Source of the DNA: Strigamia acuminata
Lineage: Eukaryota
Direction of reading: 5' to 3'
Assembly: GCA_949358305.1 (NCBI GenBank)
Contig: OX442314.1
Span: forward strand, 17,484,001-17,548,000
DNA length: 64,000 nt
The notes below the pieces were generated by a model, which was not told the origin of the DNA, searched no databases, and saw nothing but the letters and a program-made list of their open reading frames with translations. Every line of letters begins with the position of its first letter. Position 1 is the first letter of the stretch. Made by a program: the position numbers and the translations under genes. Shown here one piece after another: positions 41,555 through 54,404 of the stretch.

Positions 41555-42144
41555 CTTGAATATTTTCACCGGTTAAACGTAATTAATTCTAGTAAAATTA
41601 TAACAGTTTCCAAGTATTTTACGGCTATCCGCAATGAATCAAATTGCTTCAAGTCAGATACAAACACTCGGACAAGGAGCAAGTGCCACCTACCGTTGAC
41701 TCCCAGTATTTCACGGGAACCGCCATATTTGTTTACCACGAATTTACAACACTTTCAGTTTCAGGAAAAATCATTCATGAATTACGTCATGGAAAATACT
41801 TTCCAGCAAAAAATTATATTCTTCTTAATATTAAATTATTTTATATTAATACCGCAAAACAAGCACAAAAATTTAGTGACTCAATACTCGAGCTAAATAC
41901 TAATCTTACGCTTCTTACCACCAGTCGGTAATTTAGCGCAGGCCTTAACTACCGTAGACCATGATATGTGTTTTTCTGGCACTGGCAGCGGGTGGCAGCT
42001 ATTGCTATTTGTAAAATGAGAATCGCTTGAGAATCGCGTGTGTCCGAATTCAGATTGTTACGAGTGTGATTCGCTTTCGTAGTCAAATACCAGTCGACCA
42101 AGGACCTGAAAGTGGACGATAAACATTGGCACAAAGGCTCGAAC

Positions 42145-45100
42145 ATGAATGAACTTAGTCAAGAGGAGGTAAGTGACCCGATATGGCACGTTTTAAAGAA
42201 CGGAACGCGAAACAGCTGAAGAGCTCGCAGTTACCTTCTTTGATCGCGATTCTTCGCAATCACATGTTTCGCGCAAAACCTACAAGTTCGCAAACAGAAA
42301 AACCGTCCCACAAAGCCTTTATTTCTACAATGGCCTTACTTTATTTAAAAACCCCCATCCACGACATGAATCATCCCTTAGGGCATTTCCCTCAAATTAC
42401 GACGAGGAAAATAAACCAATACATGCGTCACATGACACGCGATTTCCCAAATCGTGTTTTTGTTATTTGATTTTATCCGTTTACCTAATCGCGGAACAAT
42501 AACAATTTGTTATTTTGGTTCATTTTTTTATTTTTTTTTATTTCTTTGTTATTTATTTATTAATTTTTTTTGTTTTCAGATTCGGCGAAGGCGCTTGGCC
42601 AGATTGACGGGACTGACCATGCCGTCGTTATCCACTTCCAATCTGGGGCAAGATATTGGTCCCAGCAGCAGCAGCAGCAGTAGTAGCAGCACGGTGGAGA
42701 CTCCTGGTCTCGTAAATCAAGCGTCATCAACTTCGATGCAGTCTGCATTCTTTCAACAAAGTCAGCCACAAGCTGTGCCACAAGCTACGGATCAGTCTCA
42801 CAGAGAGACTATTATGGAAATTGGTAATTTGAAGCATGGATTGAAAATATCACTTTGGTTTTTATTCGATATGCACGAACGTGGGAATTTGAATACGAAA
42901 CGTTATATAACGCTTTGAGGAGTAAAATGTTGCCATTATGAGGCGTGATGGAATGATTCGTTGTTGTTATTATTTCGATGATGTTTTATTTCGAGTTTGT
43001 TATGTGGTTATTTTAATTTAACGTTCGTTTGGTTTCGTACCGTAACATTGGCGTTGAAATAAAGTGCTTAGTTTGTTTTATTACTCTTTTAATGTGCCAT
43101 TGGTTTCAGATGGTGCACAATTGTTTCAGCATGGTTCGACAGAATCGCAGTGCTCTGAACCGCAAACTATGGACACGGACACAGAATCGCTCGAAAAGAG
43201 GTCAGGAGAAGCTTTGCGATAAAAAACTTTCCTCAATGTTTTCTAACAAAAACAAATTTAAAACAAAAAAAACAAAAAAAATTCTTTTCATTTTTCAGTT
43301 CTTTGTTTCAACTCGATGTCGATTCAGGTATAGAAAACATGGAGGTCGAAGAATTTGACAAAAAGGAATCCTTGAAGCGACAAAGAGTAAGTTGGATACT
43401 ACAAATAAAATGTCCTGTGACTTAGCATTAACTGTTTATTGCTCAACTAAATGTTGCCTAACGTGTGAGTACAGCTGGAGATATCTTTAGAATGCTTAGA
43501 AGAAAAAAAATGGAATTTTTTTTATTCTTAAAAATTTCAACAATGATTTTATTGTTTTAATTTGAGTAAAAATGTCCGCTGTGGTTCCAAACACAAATGG
43601 CGAATGCAATAATTGATCGAGAGCAATATTGTTACGTTTGTTTAAGGACATTTTGTTGGCTGATTGCCATGGGTACCAAAATTGAATGCAATGTTGCTAA
43701 CCTCGCACTTAATTTGAAATTAGGATTCCAACAATGAGATGTCGGAAGAACATTTTTATGGAATGTTATCAAGAATTTTTCTCATAACATGGAACAAAGA
43801 GACTACGTCTGATTTAATTTATTTACCAGAAACTGGCGAAGTGTTTCAAAAACAAACTGAAAATTCACCACGTAATTATTATTTTTGTTTGTTTTCCTTA
43901 TACCTCTACCGTATTTCCTTTTTTTTGTGCACATATGCATTATTGGTATAATCAAGTTCTCTCCCGTGCTCTATTGGAGACCCGAGCATTGACGGCAAAA
44001 ATTTCATTTTTTCGTCCTAAAATAAAAAAAATTTGGCTTTTTAAAAAATCTTAAAAAAAAAAATCAATTTTTAAGCCCCGCTTCTTTATAGAGACCGCGC
44101 ACTAAAGGAAAATTTTTGAGGAAAAATTTCGCGCTTTATTAGAGACCCGCGTCACAAAATAAAGGAAATACAGTAAATACAAAGATTGTTTTATTTTCAG
44201 CATATTGCGGTTACAAAGATTTGATTAGTCAGATTGTCGTGGAAGTGTTGATCATGCTGGCCAAAAGCCAAGAAAACATTTTCCAAAATGTTCTAAGGAA
44301 AGGACAAGACTTGGGTGTGTGCGGTTCGCCCATCCCTAGTCTCAGCGCCAGCCCATCCAGCATCAATCCGAGTCCATTGGCGTCTCCCATCACCGGAGTT
44401 GCCGCATTACCTGCATTTCCGCAAGGACTTCAACAATTTCAGCTTGAAGATTGTCCGGAATCTCGCATGTTGACTTATTTAATGGAATGTTACAGTCGTG
44501 TCAGCATTGAGGAGCGACATGCACCGAAAGTAAATTTTTTTTGTTGTGTATTAACACAAATAATGATTTTTTTTTTCTTTATTAGAAAACCAGTAAGCCA
44601 CCATTGAGTGAGATTTTGACTGATATACGATCCCAATGTGTACAGCATTCTATTTTAGTTATTCAAGGATTGTTTACATCGTTAAGGTGGATTAGGAAGC
44701 TATCTTTTAACACAATATTAAATGTTTTAATTTTTTAAATTCTTTATTTAGACCTCCTGCGAAACCTTCAATATTAATGCCGTATTTATTTGGGCAAAGT
44801 ATGCCACGAGGATTTTTGCACGAATTGGTTTATTTCTCGTCGCAAAATGAAGAGTGTTTGAAGTCTGTTTTTTGGCCAGTACTTCAGTCAACTCTTCAAG
44901 CTACTCGATTGTGTTCATTGGAGTCTGATTGTTTTCGACAACCCTTGCAAGTACTTAGCGAATTGTGTGAAATCCGATGTGGGCCTACCGGTAATACTAG
45001 ACCAATTTGCAATTTGGTAAGTTCTACGTGAGCTTTTAATTCAGAAACAGAAATTTAATCTTTTTTTTCTTTAAATTTAGATGGTGAGACAATCTCAGTG

Positions 45101-47990
45101 GCTTCCAGAGCCCATCTCGCAAGCAGTCGGTCGTGAAGTGATGAAATTATCTTTTCTCGGGCCTTTCTTTAGTTTATCCGCATTTGCCGAGGATGATGTG
45201 CGTGATTTAAATCAATTTTAAAATTTGATTTTTATTTCATTGTACGGTTTATTTTAGACTCGTGTTGTCGAAAAGTTCTTCTCTGGTAATACGTTGACTG
45301 CAGACAATCTTCGATTAATTAACCAGGCGTTGCAACATTCCTTGGAATGTGGCAGAGTAAGATGGAAATAAAATTTGTATATTTTTTGGGACTTAATTTG
45401 TTTTTTTATTTATTTTTCTACAGAGTGAAGCATTTAAAATTTTTCATTCGGTGTTAGTGAATGCTGACAGTCGTGATTCCGCGATGAATTTTGTTTCCGT
45501 TGTATTGAGTTCAAACGAAAAGCGAGCTCAGTTACAAGTAAGGTTTGAAAATCTTGCGTGTATTTTATTTTTACAATTTTTATAATTTGTTCAGATTGAC
45601 GAACGGCTCGTAGCCAGCGATGGGTTCATGTTAAATCTCCTGACTGTTTTGCAACACTTATCTGTGAAAATCAAACTGGATCGTGTAGATATCCATTACC
45701 CCTTCAACACCATGAGCAGAGTTCAAGTTAAAAACGAGACGCGAATTAAATGTACAAACCAAGAAGTCACTTCGTGGTTGGAAAAATTGAGTAAGTGAAA
45801 GTACACGAATGAAATTATCACTTGTAAGTTTTAATTCATGAAATGTATTCCACAGATTCGAATAAGACTCATGTTTGGCAAGAGCCGAAATTTCCCACCG
45901 AATGTTTTTTCATAACATTACACTGCCATCATTTGTCCATCATCCCTGCTTGCCGCAAATACCAGCGGCGACTTCGAGCAATTCGAGACCTTCAGCGTGT
46001 CATAGATGAATTGGCTGGATCGGAAAGTCAGTGGAAAGATCTACCACTGGCAGCTAGAAACCGTGAATTAATTAAAAAATGGAAGACACAAGTTAAAGTA
46101 AGTAACCATTACCACACGTTTATTATTTCGGTTATTTATATTTATTTTTGTTTATTTTTGCAGAAATTAAGTAAAAGTAAAGCTTGCGCTGATGCTGGAT
46201 TGTTGGATGAGACGCTTTTACGACGGTGTCTGCAGTTTTATAGTACATCAGTTTCCATGTTGATCAAATTGGTTTCACCGGGCTCTGAGAAACCAAGTTT
46301 GCCACTGCCAGCCATTGTGCCGATGCCGTTCGCTGCATATCCAGAGTGGTATATCGAAGATGTTGCCGATTTTTTATTGTTCGTGTTACAGTGAGTTTGA
46401 TTTTTAGGAAAAAATTGACACGAGCTAATTTTTTTTTAATTAATTGTTTTAGGTTTGCACCTCAAGTGCTAGAAGACACTTGCACACCCGATATCCTAAC
46501 GTTCCTCGTGCTCTTTATATGTAGCCCGACTTACATCAGTAATCCGTACTTAGTAGCAAAACTGATTGAAGTAATCTTCGTTGCAAACCCGGTTATTCAA
46601 CCGAGGAGTGAACTTCTGTATCATAATATTATGACGCATCCATTAGCTGAAAAGCATTTGATTTACTCACTTATGGAATTCTATACGGGTAAATTATTTG
46701 GTATAAATTGTGGAAATGATTTAATGTTTGGATTTTGTTTTTTAGATGTGGAAACTACAGGAGCGACTAGTGAATTTTATGATAAATTTACTATTCGTTA
46801 TCATGTCAGTATCATTTTCAAAAGTTTATGGGAAAGTCCCGTACATAAAAAGGCCATTATTCAAGAGTCTAAGTAATTTTTTTTCTTTTTTGTATTTTTT
46901 AGTGAAAAAAATCGGTTTAATGTTTTTATTTTTTTAAATATTAGCTCAGGAAAACAGTTTGTTCGTTTTGTGAACATGCTGATGAACGATACGACATTTC
47001 TATTGGATGAAAGCTTGGAATCACTCAAAAGAATTCACGAAGTACAAGAAGCGATGGAAAACAAATCAACGTGGAACCAACAAGCTCGAGTAAATATTTT
47101 TGAATTTCTACAATTGGGATAAAATTAAATCATGATTATAATTTACAGGACCTTCAGCAGACGAGACAGAGACAGTTAGCTACTGATGAACGCCAGTGTC
47201 GTTCTTACTTGACGTTAGCACGAGAAACAGTGGACATGTTCCACTATCTGACAAAAGAAATTAAAGAACCGTTTCTGCGCCCTGAATTGGCTGATCGACT
47301 GGCAGCCATGCTTAATTTTAACCTGCAACAATTGTGTGGTCCGAAATGTAAAAATCTGAAAGTGAAAAACCCAGATCGATATGGATGGGAGCCAAAGAAA
47401 TTACTGGACCAATTAACCGACATTTATTTACATCTTGACTCGGAACGGTTTGCACAAGCAGTTGCAGCTGATGAAGTATGAACACACTGCTTATTTTAAT
47501 TTTGGAGAAAAAAATCACAATAATCTAATTTTATTTGCAGCGGTCTTACAAGAAAGAACTGTTTATTGACGCTCAAATGAGAATGAGTAAAGCATTAGTT
47601 AAAAGTGCGCTGGAAATAGTGCAGTTCAAAGGCTTTGCAAAACGTGTTGAGGAGATTTTAATTCAAAATAGAAAGCGAGAAGTGGATTACAGCGATGCGC
47701 CTGATGAATTCAGGGGTAAATTGTGTCGGTATTTGAAAATTTTAATTAATATTAATGGTTTTTTTTTCTCTTTAGATCCGTTAATGGACACGGTGATGGA
47801 AGAACCGGTGATTCTTCCGAGCGGCACCGTCATGGATCGGGCAATCATTGTACGACATTTGCTCAATTCTAATACTGATCCATTCACTCGCCAACCACTT
47901 ACGATGGACATGCTAAGCCCTGCCACAGAGTTGAAAAATCGCATTGAAAACTGGAAGAAAAGCAAAGCAATTCAAAGTTCTTCCAAATAA
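42145..47990 (+). CDS. UBE4B: Ubiquitin conjugation factor E4 B (Ufd2), U-box ligase, multi-exon
   Basis: [17 protein letters not shown] start; [85 protein letters not shown]-box [24 protein letters not shown]...DPFTRQPL. Confidence 0.97.
43909..44173. mobile_element. MITE of Tc1/mariner(pogo)-like type in a UBE4B intron
   Basis: TA | CCGTATTTCCTTTTTTTTGTG ... CACAAAATAAAGGAAATACAG | TA: imperfect ~21-bp terminal inverted repeats with a TA target duplication. An internal motif, T(T)AT(T/A)(G)GAGACC(C)G, recurs three times (~43970, ~44085, ~44136). Confidence 0.75.
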
Positions 47991-48585
47991 AAATACCATT
48001 TTTGACATTCCCACGAGAAAAGTCGACTATAATTGGGATTGACGATGTGATTCACTTAAAAATATAATATATATAAATATATATTAGAAACTTCCTGTGC
48101 AGTTGATGATTTCAGTTCATTAATATGAATTTAACTACAAGTTTTTCTTAAAACGTCATCTAAGAATTGAGTATTTAAACGAACGTTTTATAATTTTATA
48201 TTTTATTCTAGTTGTAATCGTCTGTAATAGATATTTTCTTCCTAAGGAATTAGTATAGGGATTTGAATTTGTACTATAAAGACTGGCACTTTATTTTATG
48301 TCTTATCGAGACACTTTCAGAAAATTGATTTGTAACAAAATGTGTTTTTTTTTTTTAAAGAAACAAATTGCTTGACTTGCCATCAACTTTTTAAATCCAG
48401 GGGCAGTAGGAAAAAATGATAGCAATTTGCTGTACTATGAGTTTAAACCAAACTAAATAAATATTTGTATTAAAATAATGGATTTAATTGGTCTAATTAA
48501 CAATTTTCTAAATTTTGTACAGTGTTTTCACCGGAAATATTGTACTCTAAAGCAACAAACAATACAATCCTTTAAACAAATTGAT

Positions 48586-50710
48586 TCAAAAGTAATTCAA
48601 GCTCTCTTCGACTTCGGACATCCGCACGCGACTCAGAAACGAGTTTCTGATTTGCGCAAACAACGATTCCACCTCGTTTACTCCCTGACACAACGTGATG
48701 GCAGCTTCCATAACCATCCATTCGAGCACGATTTTCGACGATATCTTTTCCTTTTCGCCAGAAAGGACGGATTGCGGACCCCAAAGAAGGAGGTGACAAA
48801 CATTCGCTGCTACAGATGGCGAAGGACGCTAAAATTAAGTAAAGTTTTATTTTAAAAACTCAAGTTACCTAACAACAATATTAAATTAAATTTTACCTCT
48901 CTAGGATTTCGTCTGAGAATACATTTCACAAGTTTGCCGATCGCATCAGGCATTAAAGTTGGGGATGCGGGTAAATTACTCTCCTGATATGTACGCGTTT
49001 CGAGCCTATTCCTAGCTCTATTTCCATAAAACGGATTGAATTCACCATAAATTTCGTACGCCAATGTGCCTGCTGTCCAAAGATCAGCACGACTGTAATC
49101 AATTACTGTAAATGGACTTGCTTTTGCTGATGCCACCTGGAAAATATAATTTACTAGTATTAATATTAATTAATACTTTAAATTTCTAGAAGTCGTACCT
49201 CCGGAGCCATTAAGGCACAATTTCCACCAAGTTCAATGTCGTCGCTAACGTAATGCAACTTCAAATTAGAGTTTTCCTTAGCCAAACAACAACCGAAGTC
49301 TGTTATTACCAAATGCGGGCAGTCTAAGCCTAAATAGATGTAATAAAAGAAAGTTACGAGCCATTTCAAATTATTGATGCTAATTGTGTAGTCACCTTCG
49401 CTCAAGTCAAGTAATATATTATCAGTTTTCAAGTCTCGATGTGCAATATTAACCCGTACTAAGTGATTGATTCCTTCGAATAATTGCAACAGCAACAAAA
49501 TCCGAGTCGTTGGAGATGGGGTGTGGGATGCCAGATAATCTTTTAAGCTGGTATCGTATCTTTAAAGAGAATTCTCTAAGTAAAAATCAATTTTACATTT
49601 TCCTTCTTTAATCAAATACCGTTTCATGACGAGAAAGAGTGTCATGTTGCGACCAAGTCCGTCTTCATTTAAACGTCTGGGAAGAGCATTAGGATATAAA
49701 TTGAGAGCATCTGGCAGAAACGGAACAGTGTCTACAAAGGCACAAATCATGTCCACAACGTTCAGATGAGGCGGAAGACATTTTGAGCCAAACTTGAAAC
49801 TAAAAGAACATGAATAAACAGTTTGCATTTCCTTTTCTTCGTTGTAATCAGGCAATTTACTTGTAATCCCAAAGATCCATCTCTTCTCTAATTTCGATTA
49901 TCTTCGCAGGAACGGTTTCACGTGACATGCATTTTAATATGGTTGTTGCATTCGATTCAGCCTCGTAATTAAACATCATTTTAACTGCCAAATCGTACTC
50001 CCCGAACCGACCACTCGGCAAAACTTGACATAAATAAAATTAACAAAATATAATTAATTTAATTTTTTTTTAATTTTGTTTAATTACCATCTTCAATTTC
50101 TTGATTTTTCCATTTAGCACTGTGTACAATCGCATTACATCCTTTGGCAATTACAGAACCAATTTGCAAATCGCTTAATGATGATGCGGTTTCATAAATT
50201 ATACTTTCCTTCTGTCGATTAAGCAGATCAACGCACACCTTAAATCATTAAATGATAAAAATAAATTACAACGTTTAAACAACCCTTTAATGACATTACC
50301 CTAATTTCCTCACAAATCCCCTCCAACTCATCTTTCTTGGTTATGATGCCGTGACCAGATATCAAATTAATCCCCACAAATCCTAGATACGGTGTCAGTT
50401 GCCGGCCCCCATACATTAACTTTTTGGCTGCATTCCGACGCAATTCAGCAGCGGGACTGTTTGTCAGCCATTGGATGAATTTTTGAGCGAAAAATGGTGT
50501 TTTGCCATCCAATTTCTGCTTCCATACAATATCGGCCAACCCACCGAGTAAACCCTTCTCATTTTTTACATCCTGCGCTGCTCGAATTAAATAATTCTGT
50601 GCAATTCTGCTACCAAACGGGTTCGTTTGTTCGACGTTGCCGAAAAGAACTTCGCACACGATTTTTCTCCCATAACGGAACAGCAAATTTGTTGCGGCTC
50701 GAAAAGACAT
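48586..50710 (-). CDS. PINK1: PTEN-induced kinase 1, mitochondrial Ser/Thr kinase
   Basis: Basic N-terminus resembling a mitochondrial targeting sequence; ELRRNAAKKL..FVGINL..GIITKKDELEGICEEIR; IAKGCNAIVH; LAVKMMFNYEAESNA; LPPHLNVV; GLGRNMTLFLVMKRY; HRDLKTDNILL; ITDFGCC; GGNCALMAPE; DYSRADLW; last exon ends SLNYF* at 48586. Confidence 0.96.
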
Positions 50711-53700
50711 TACGTTTTCCGCCGCTTGACTCGCCCAACAGGGCGAAACTAATAGCAATATTCCTTTCAGCGTGCAAAAGTGTGTTAAAACGTAAAGAAA
50801 TTATCGTTATTGCATTAGAGTATTAATTGCGACGTTATTTTCGGCTATGTCGTCCACCATTTTCTATTTGGCAGATGCTCAGCTGGTTGCAGTTGATATA
50901 GCGCCAATTCAATGCAGTGTTAGTATCCAAAACTACTATCTTTTTTGCATTTGTGTGAAGTGAACTACGTGTAAAATTTAATTTTTTAAATTTTTTTTCA
51001 CAAATACTTATTTATTTATAAAATGTTGGAACCATTAATTAATTCTTTTTTATTTTTTTTTCTCCAAGGTTGGGAGGACACAAGGGAAAAGAGTAATCTA
51101 TCAACTTTGATTATCATCACGATGGTATTAATATTTAAACGAATTGATTTCTTTTCGTGTTTATTATTCGCCGTAATCAATGAATTCAAAAAACATACAT
51201 AAAAATTATTAAATATAAATTTATACTTTAGTAAACAAGAACATTTTATGTTTTCAGAACGTGCGATTTAAAAAAAATAAAGTTATTATTAGCATTTAAA
51301 AAAAATTCCTTTAACCACGTCTGGTCACGAACAAATCCATTCGGTGTTCGCCGGCTTCACCTGCTGGTTGAATAGAAAAACGCATGCGCGAGAATGAGGA
51401 CAATCGAAAATCGTCTGCCAAAGCTCCGCCTACGCTTGCTCACTTGTAACGAGCTTCTAGTCAGACACAAACGCGGCACGTGAAAGACGACAGCAGTGAT
51501 GAGAGAGAGGTAAGTCCAATTATTATTCCGTATTGCTCCTAAACAAATATCATCGAACATATCCGATTGGGCTTATTGATTTATTGAAAAGATGGTTCAG
51601 CCCGCTTAAAAAAGAAATTAAAATTAAAAAAAAACGGAAATGGCAAAAAGAAAATTGGAAAAAAAGCGAAATAAAGAAGAATAGCAAAAAACTCCACCTA
51701 CCAATCAAATTAATAAAGCAACACAATCGAAAATGGCGCAAAAGTTGATTACCCGTGAATTTAATTGGCAATTAGTGTTGACATTTTACAAGTATTATTA
51801 TTGCATCTTTTTGTGTACATGTACAATTCGAATCTCGGCATCAGTCATTAAGGACATTAAAACAGGCCGGTGGAAAAATAATGAAAATTTTGCGTGCTCA
51901 AATGCACATTTTAAATCATCTCCCATAGATTGATTTATCATTGCCTACAGACACCACACCCGTTTTACAGCATTAAATTCATTTTGGCAAAAAAGCAAAA
52001 AGATGAAATCTTTGGCTCACAAGGCGGGTTTATGGCCCTGACTCGTCACTTATGCAAATGAACTTATTTCCGTTTATATATGTCATATGTTAGCGTGGTA
52101 CATAAGATTAATACCTCGAAACTATGTTGCGCTATTGATTTCATTTGCCCTTGGACTTTGTGTATTTTCCACTCTTAGACACGATAAATAACTGAAATCG
52201 AACATTTATATTAAACACATTTATTTATTTATTGTAGTTTCAAGTTCAGAATACTCTGAAGTAGGTGAAATACTTCTTTCCCGTTAACGATTTATATCAA
52301 TTTAATGCCGCGCTGTGTGCGGAAATTGACGACAATTCCACGAATAACGCAAAAGAAAACATTTTGTTCAATCAATCGCTGTGTCTAATGCCCGTTAAAA
52401 CAAAATAGTCTCGTAGTGTGGGGAAAAGCTTTTCTGATTTATGCTTCAGGATTTCAATAAAAGAGTGCGACATATTAAAAATGCAAAATGATACAAAATG
52501 TTGGCCTTTCTCATTGAATTATGGCACCTTTAGTTCTTCTTACGCATCGCAGAATATGCAGTGGTGTAATCAATCTTTAGAAATTTATTTTACGGCATGT
52601 AAAAATTTCTTTTTATATAAATATCATTGGTTTTATGTGCAAAATGCGTGTCCATAGAAGTAAAAAAAAGAAAAAAGAAACATTATCCAAATTTTATTTC
52701 TGCTTATTTTAGGAACAGAAATCGTTTAGTTAATATAGAAAAAATTAATGCCTGTTTCTTTGATGAGAAGTTCCGCGTCCGCTTATTGGAAAAAATAAAA
52801 TAAAATAAAAAAAATATTGGGAACAAAAAAAAAAACCTAGAGGGGGTTTGAGATTTGAACAAATGCCAACCCTATGGTGAATAAAATTTAATTAATGGAA
52901 CAGTCAACTCAAGTTGCTAGCAAATCCATACAGTATACAGCAAAACAGATGAGTCGCAAACAAAATTCTTCTTTCCATGTAAAAAAAAATGTTTACCGAA
53001 AAGATTCTTTTCGAAAGTAATTACAGAAACCGACTCAAGACACGACGCACGTGACTTTATCTCGGTCGTTTCCGTTACTATTGTTTTTTTTTTAAATAAA
53101 AATAAAAAAGAAAATACAGAAAAGAAAAGAAAAGAAAAACAATAAAAGAAAAGAAAAGAAATTACAATTTCCACAATTTTTGCTCAAGAAGCACGCACCG
53201 TTTGTTTCTATTGGACCACATATCCCATAATGGGCGTTGGTGCGTCTATTTTAATGAACTCATTAAAATGCACACGAGTGCATAAAGTCAAGCAGGAAAC
53301 GCCTCATTATATCGGATACAAAAAAAAGAAGTCTACTTCTGGTACTATCTTTTCAATTTCTTTCCCCCGCGCGTAAATTACATCACTTTAGAGTTTCTTA
53401 TTGACGTGTGGCCCGAACCAGAGTTAAGTTTAGGTTTAAAACGCCAAGGCTTTATTACCAAAGTCTTCACTCTTCACCCAATTGAGAACAAACTCGTTCT
53501 GCACGAACGACAGATAAATCCCAGCGTATTACCATCTCTTCCACTATCCAGTTCCTCATTTCCAACACAATAGACACACTCGGGAGAAATTGATTAGCTC
53601 CAAACACCTCGTGGAACTAAATTAAACTTATTTTCAGCCATAACCTTCATCATTCTAGACAAACAGATGAGTCTCTATAGAAACGCAAATTGACTTCCCT

Positions 53701-54404
53701 TCAAGAATATTCTTAAATCCCAGTAGAACCATGCTGTGAATTTTTTTTTTTAAACATTTCCATCTTTTCGTCTGCTTTAGGTAAATAATTATGTTTATCG
53801 AATGTCGGTATCAAGTTAGTTTTTGATCTTTTGCCGTTGCCGCACATTTTAGTAATGAAAGTTTCATCTCGGAATGAAAGAAGGATTTATTTTTTTGTGG
53901 CAGCAAACAAAAGTCTTTTCTCTTCATCAAGTCACTTTCTTGTGATTCGAAATGCGGGCGAAGCCCCTTAAGACATCCATTTCTTTTTAGTTGTTAGTTT
54001 TCTTTTTCTATTCGATTTATTTCATTTAATCTACAAAAGAGAAGAAAAAAATAATTCATAACATTAGACATTATACGATACATGCATTTGCTTTCAACTA
54101 TGAAATTACATGGAAATATGATTATTTCTATATATACATGTATAAATAAAATCGATATTAATTTATTTTTCATCGTAATATTGATTAAAAAAAACCAACC
54201 AAGTTTTGCCTGCCATTTAATTAATTTCCTGGGAATACTTTAATGAGCGTAACAGTCACCAGATTTGAACTAAACGTTCAATCATCCGCATTTCGTGGAA
54301 ATGAAAACGTTCCGATAGAGACGGGATGAAAAAGTTTGGCCAAACATTTACTACAGATAAATCGTTCTCTTCTATTTCTAGTAATTATTAACCACAAATT
54401 CGTG

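Noticed and set aside
12063..50710. Apparent 'proteostasis cluster' (GIGYF, DDI1, UBE4B, PINK1)
   Set aside because: These are housekeeping genes in mixed orientation, interspersed with unrelated genes. Nothing in the sequence indicates functional clustering.
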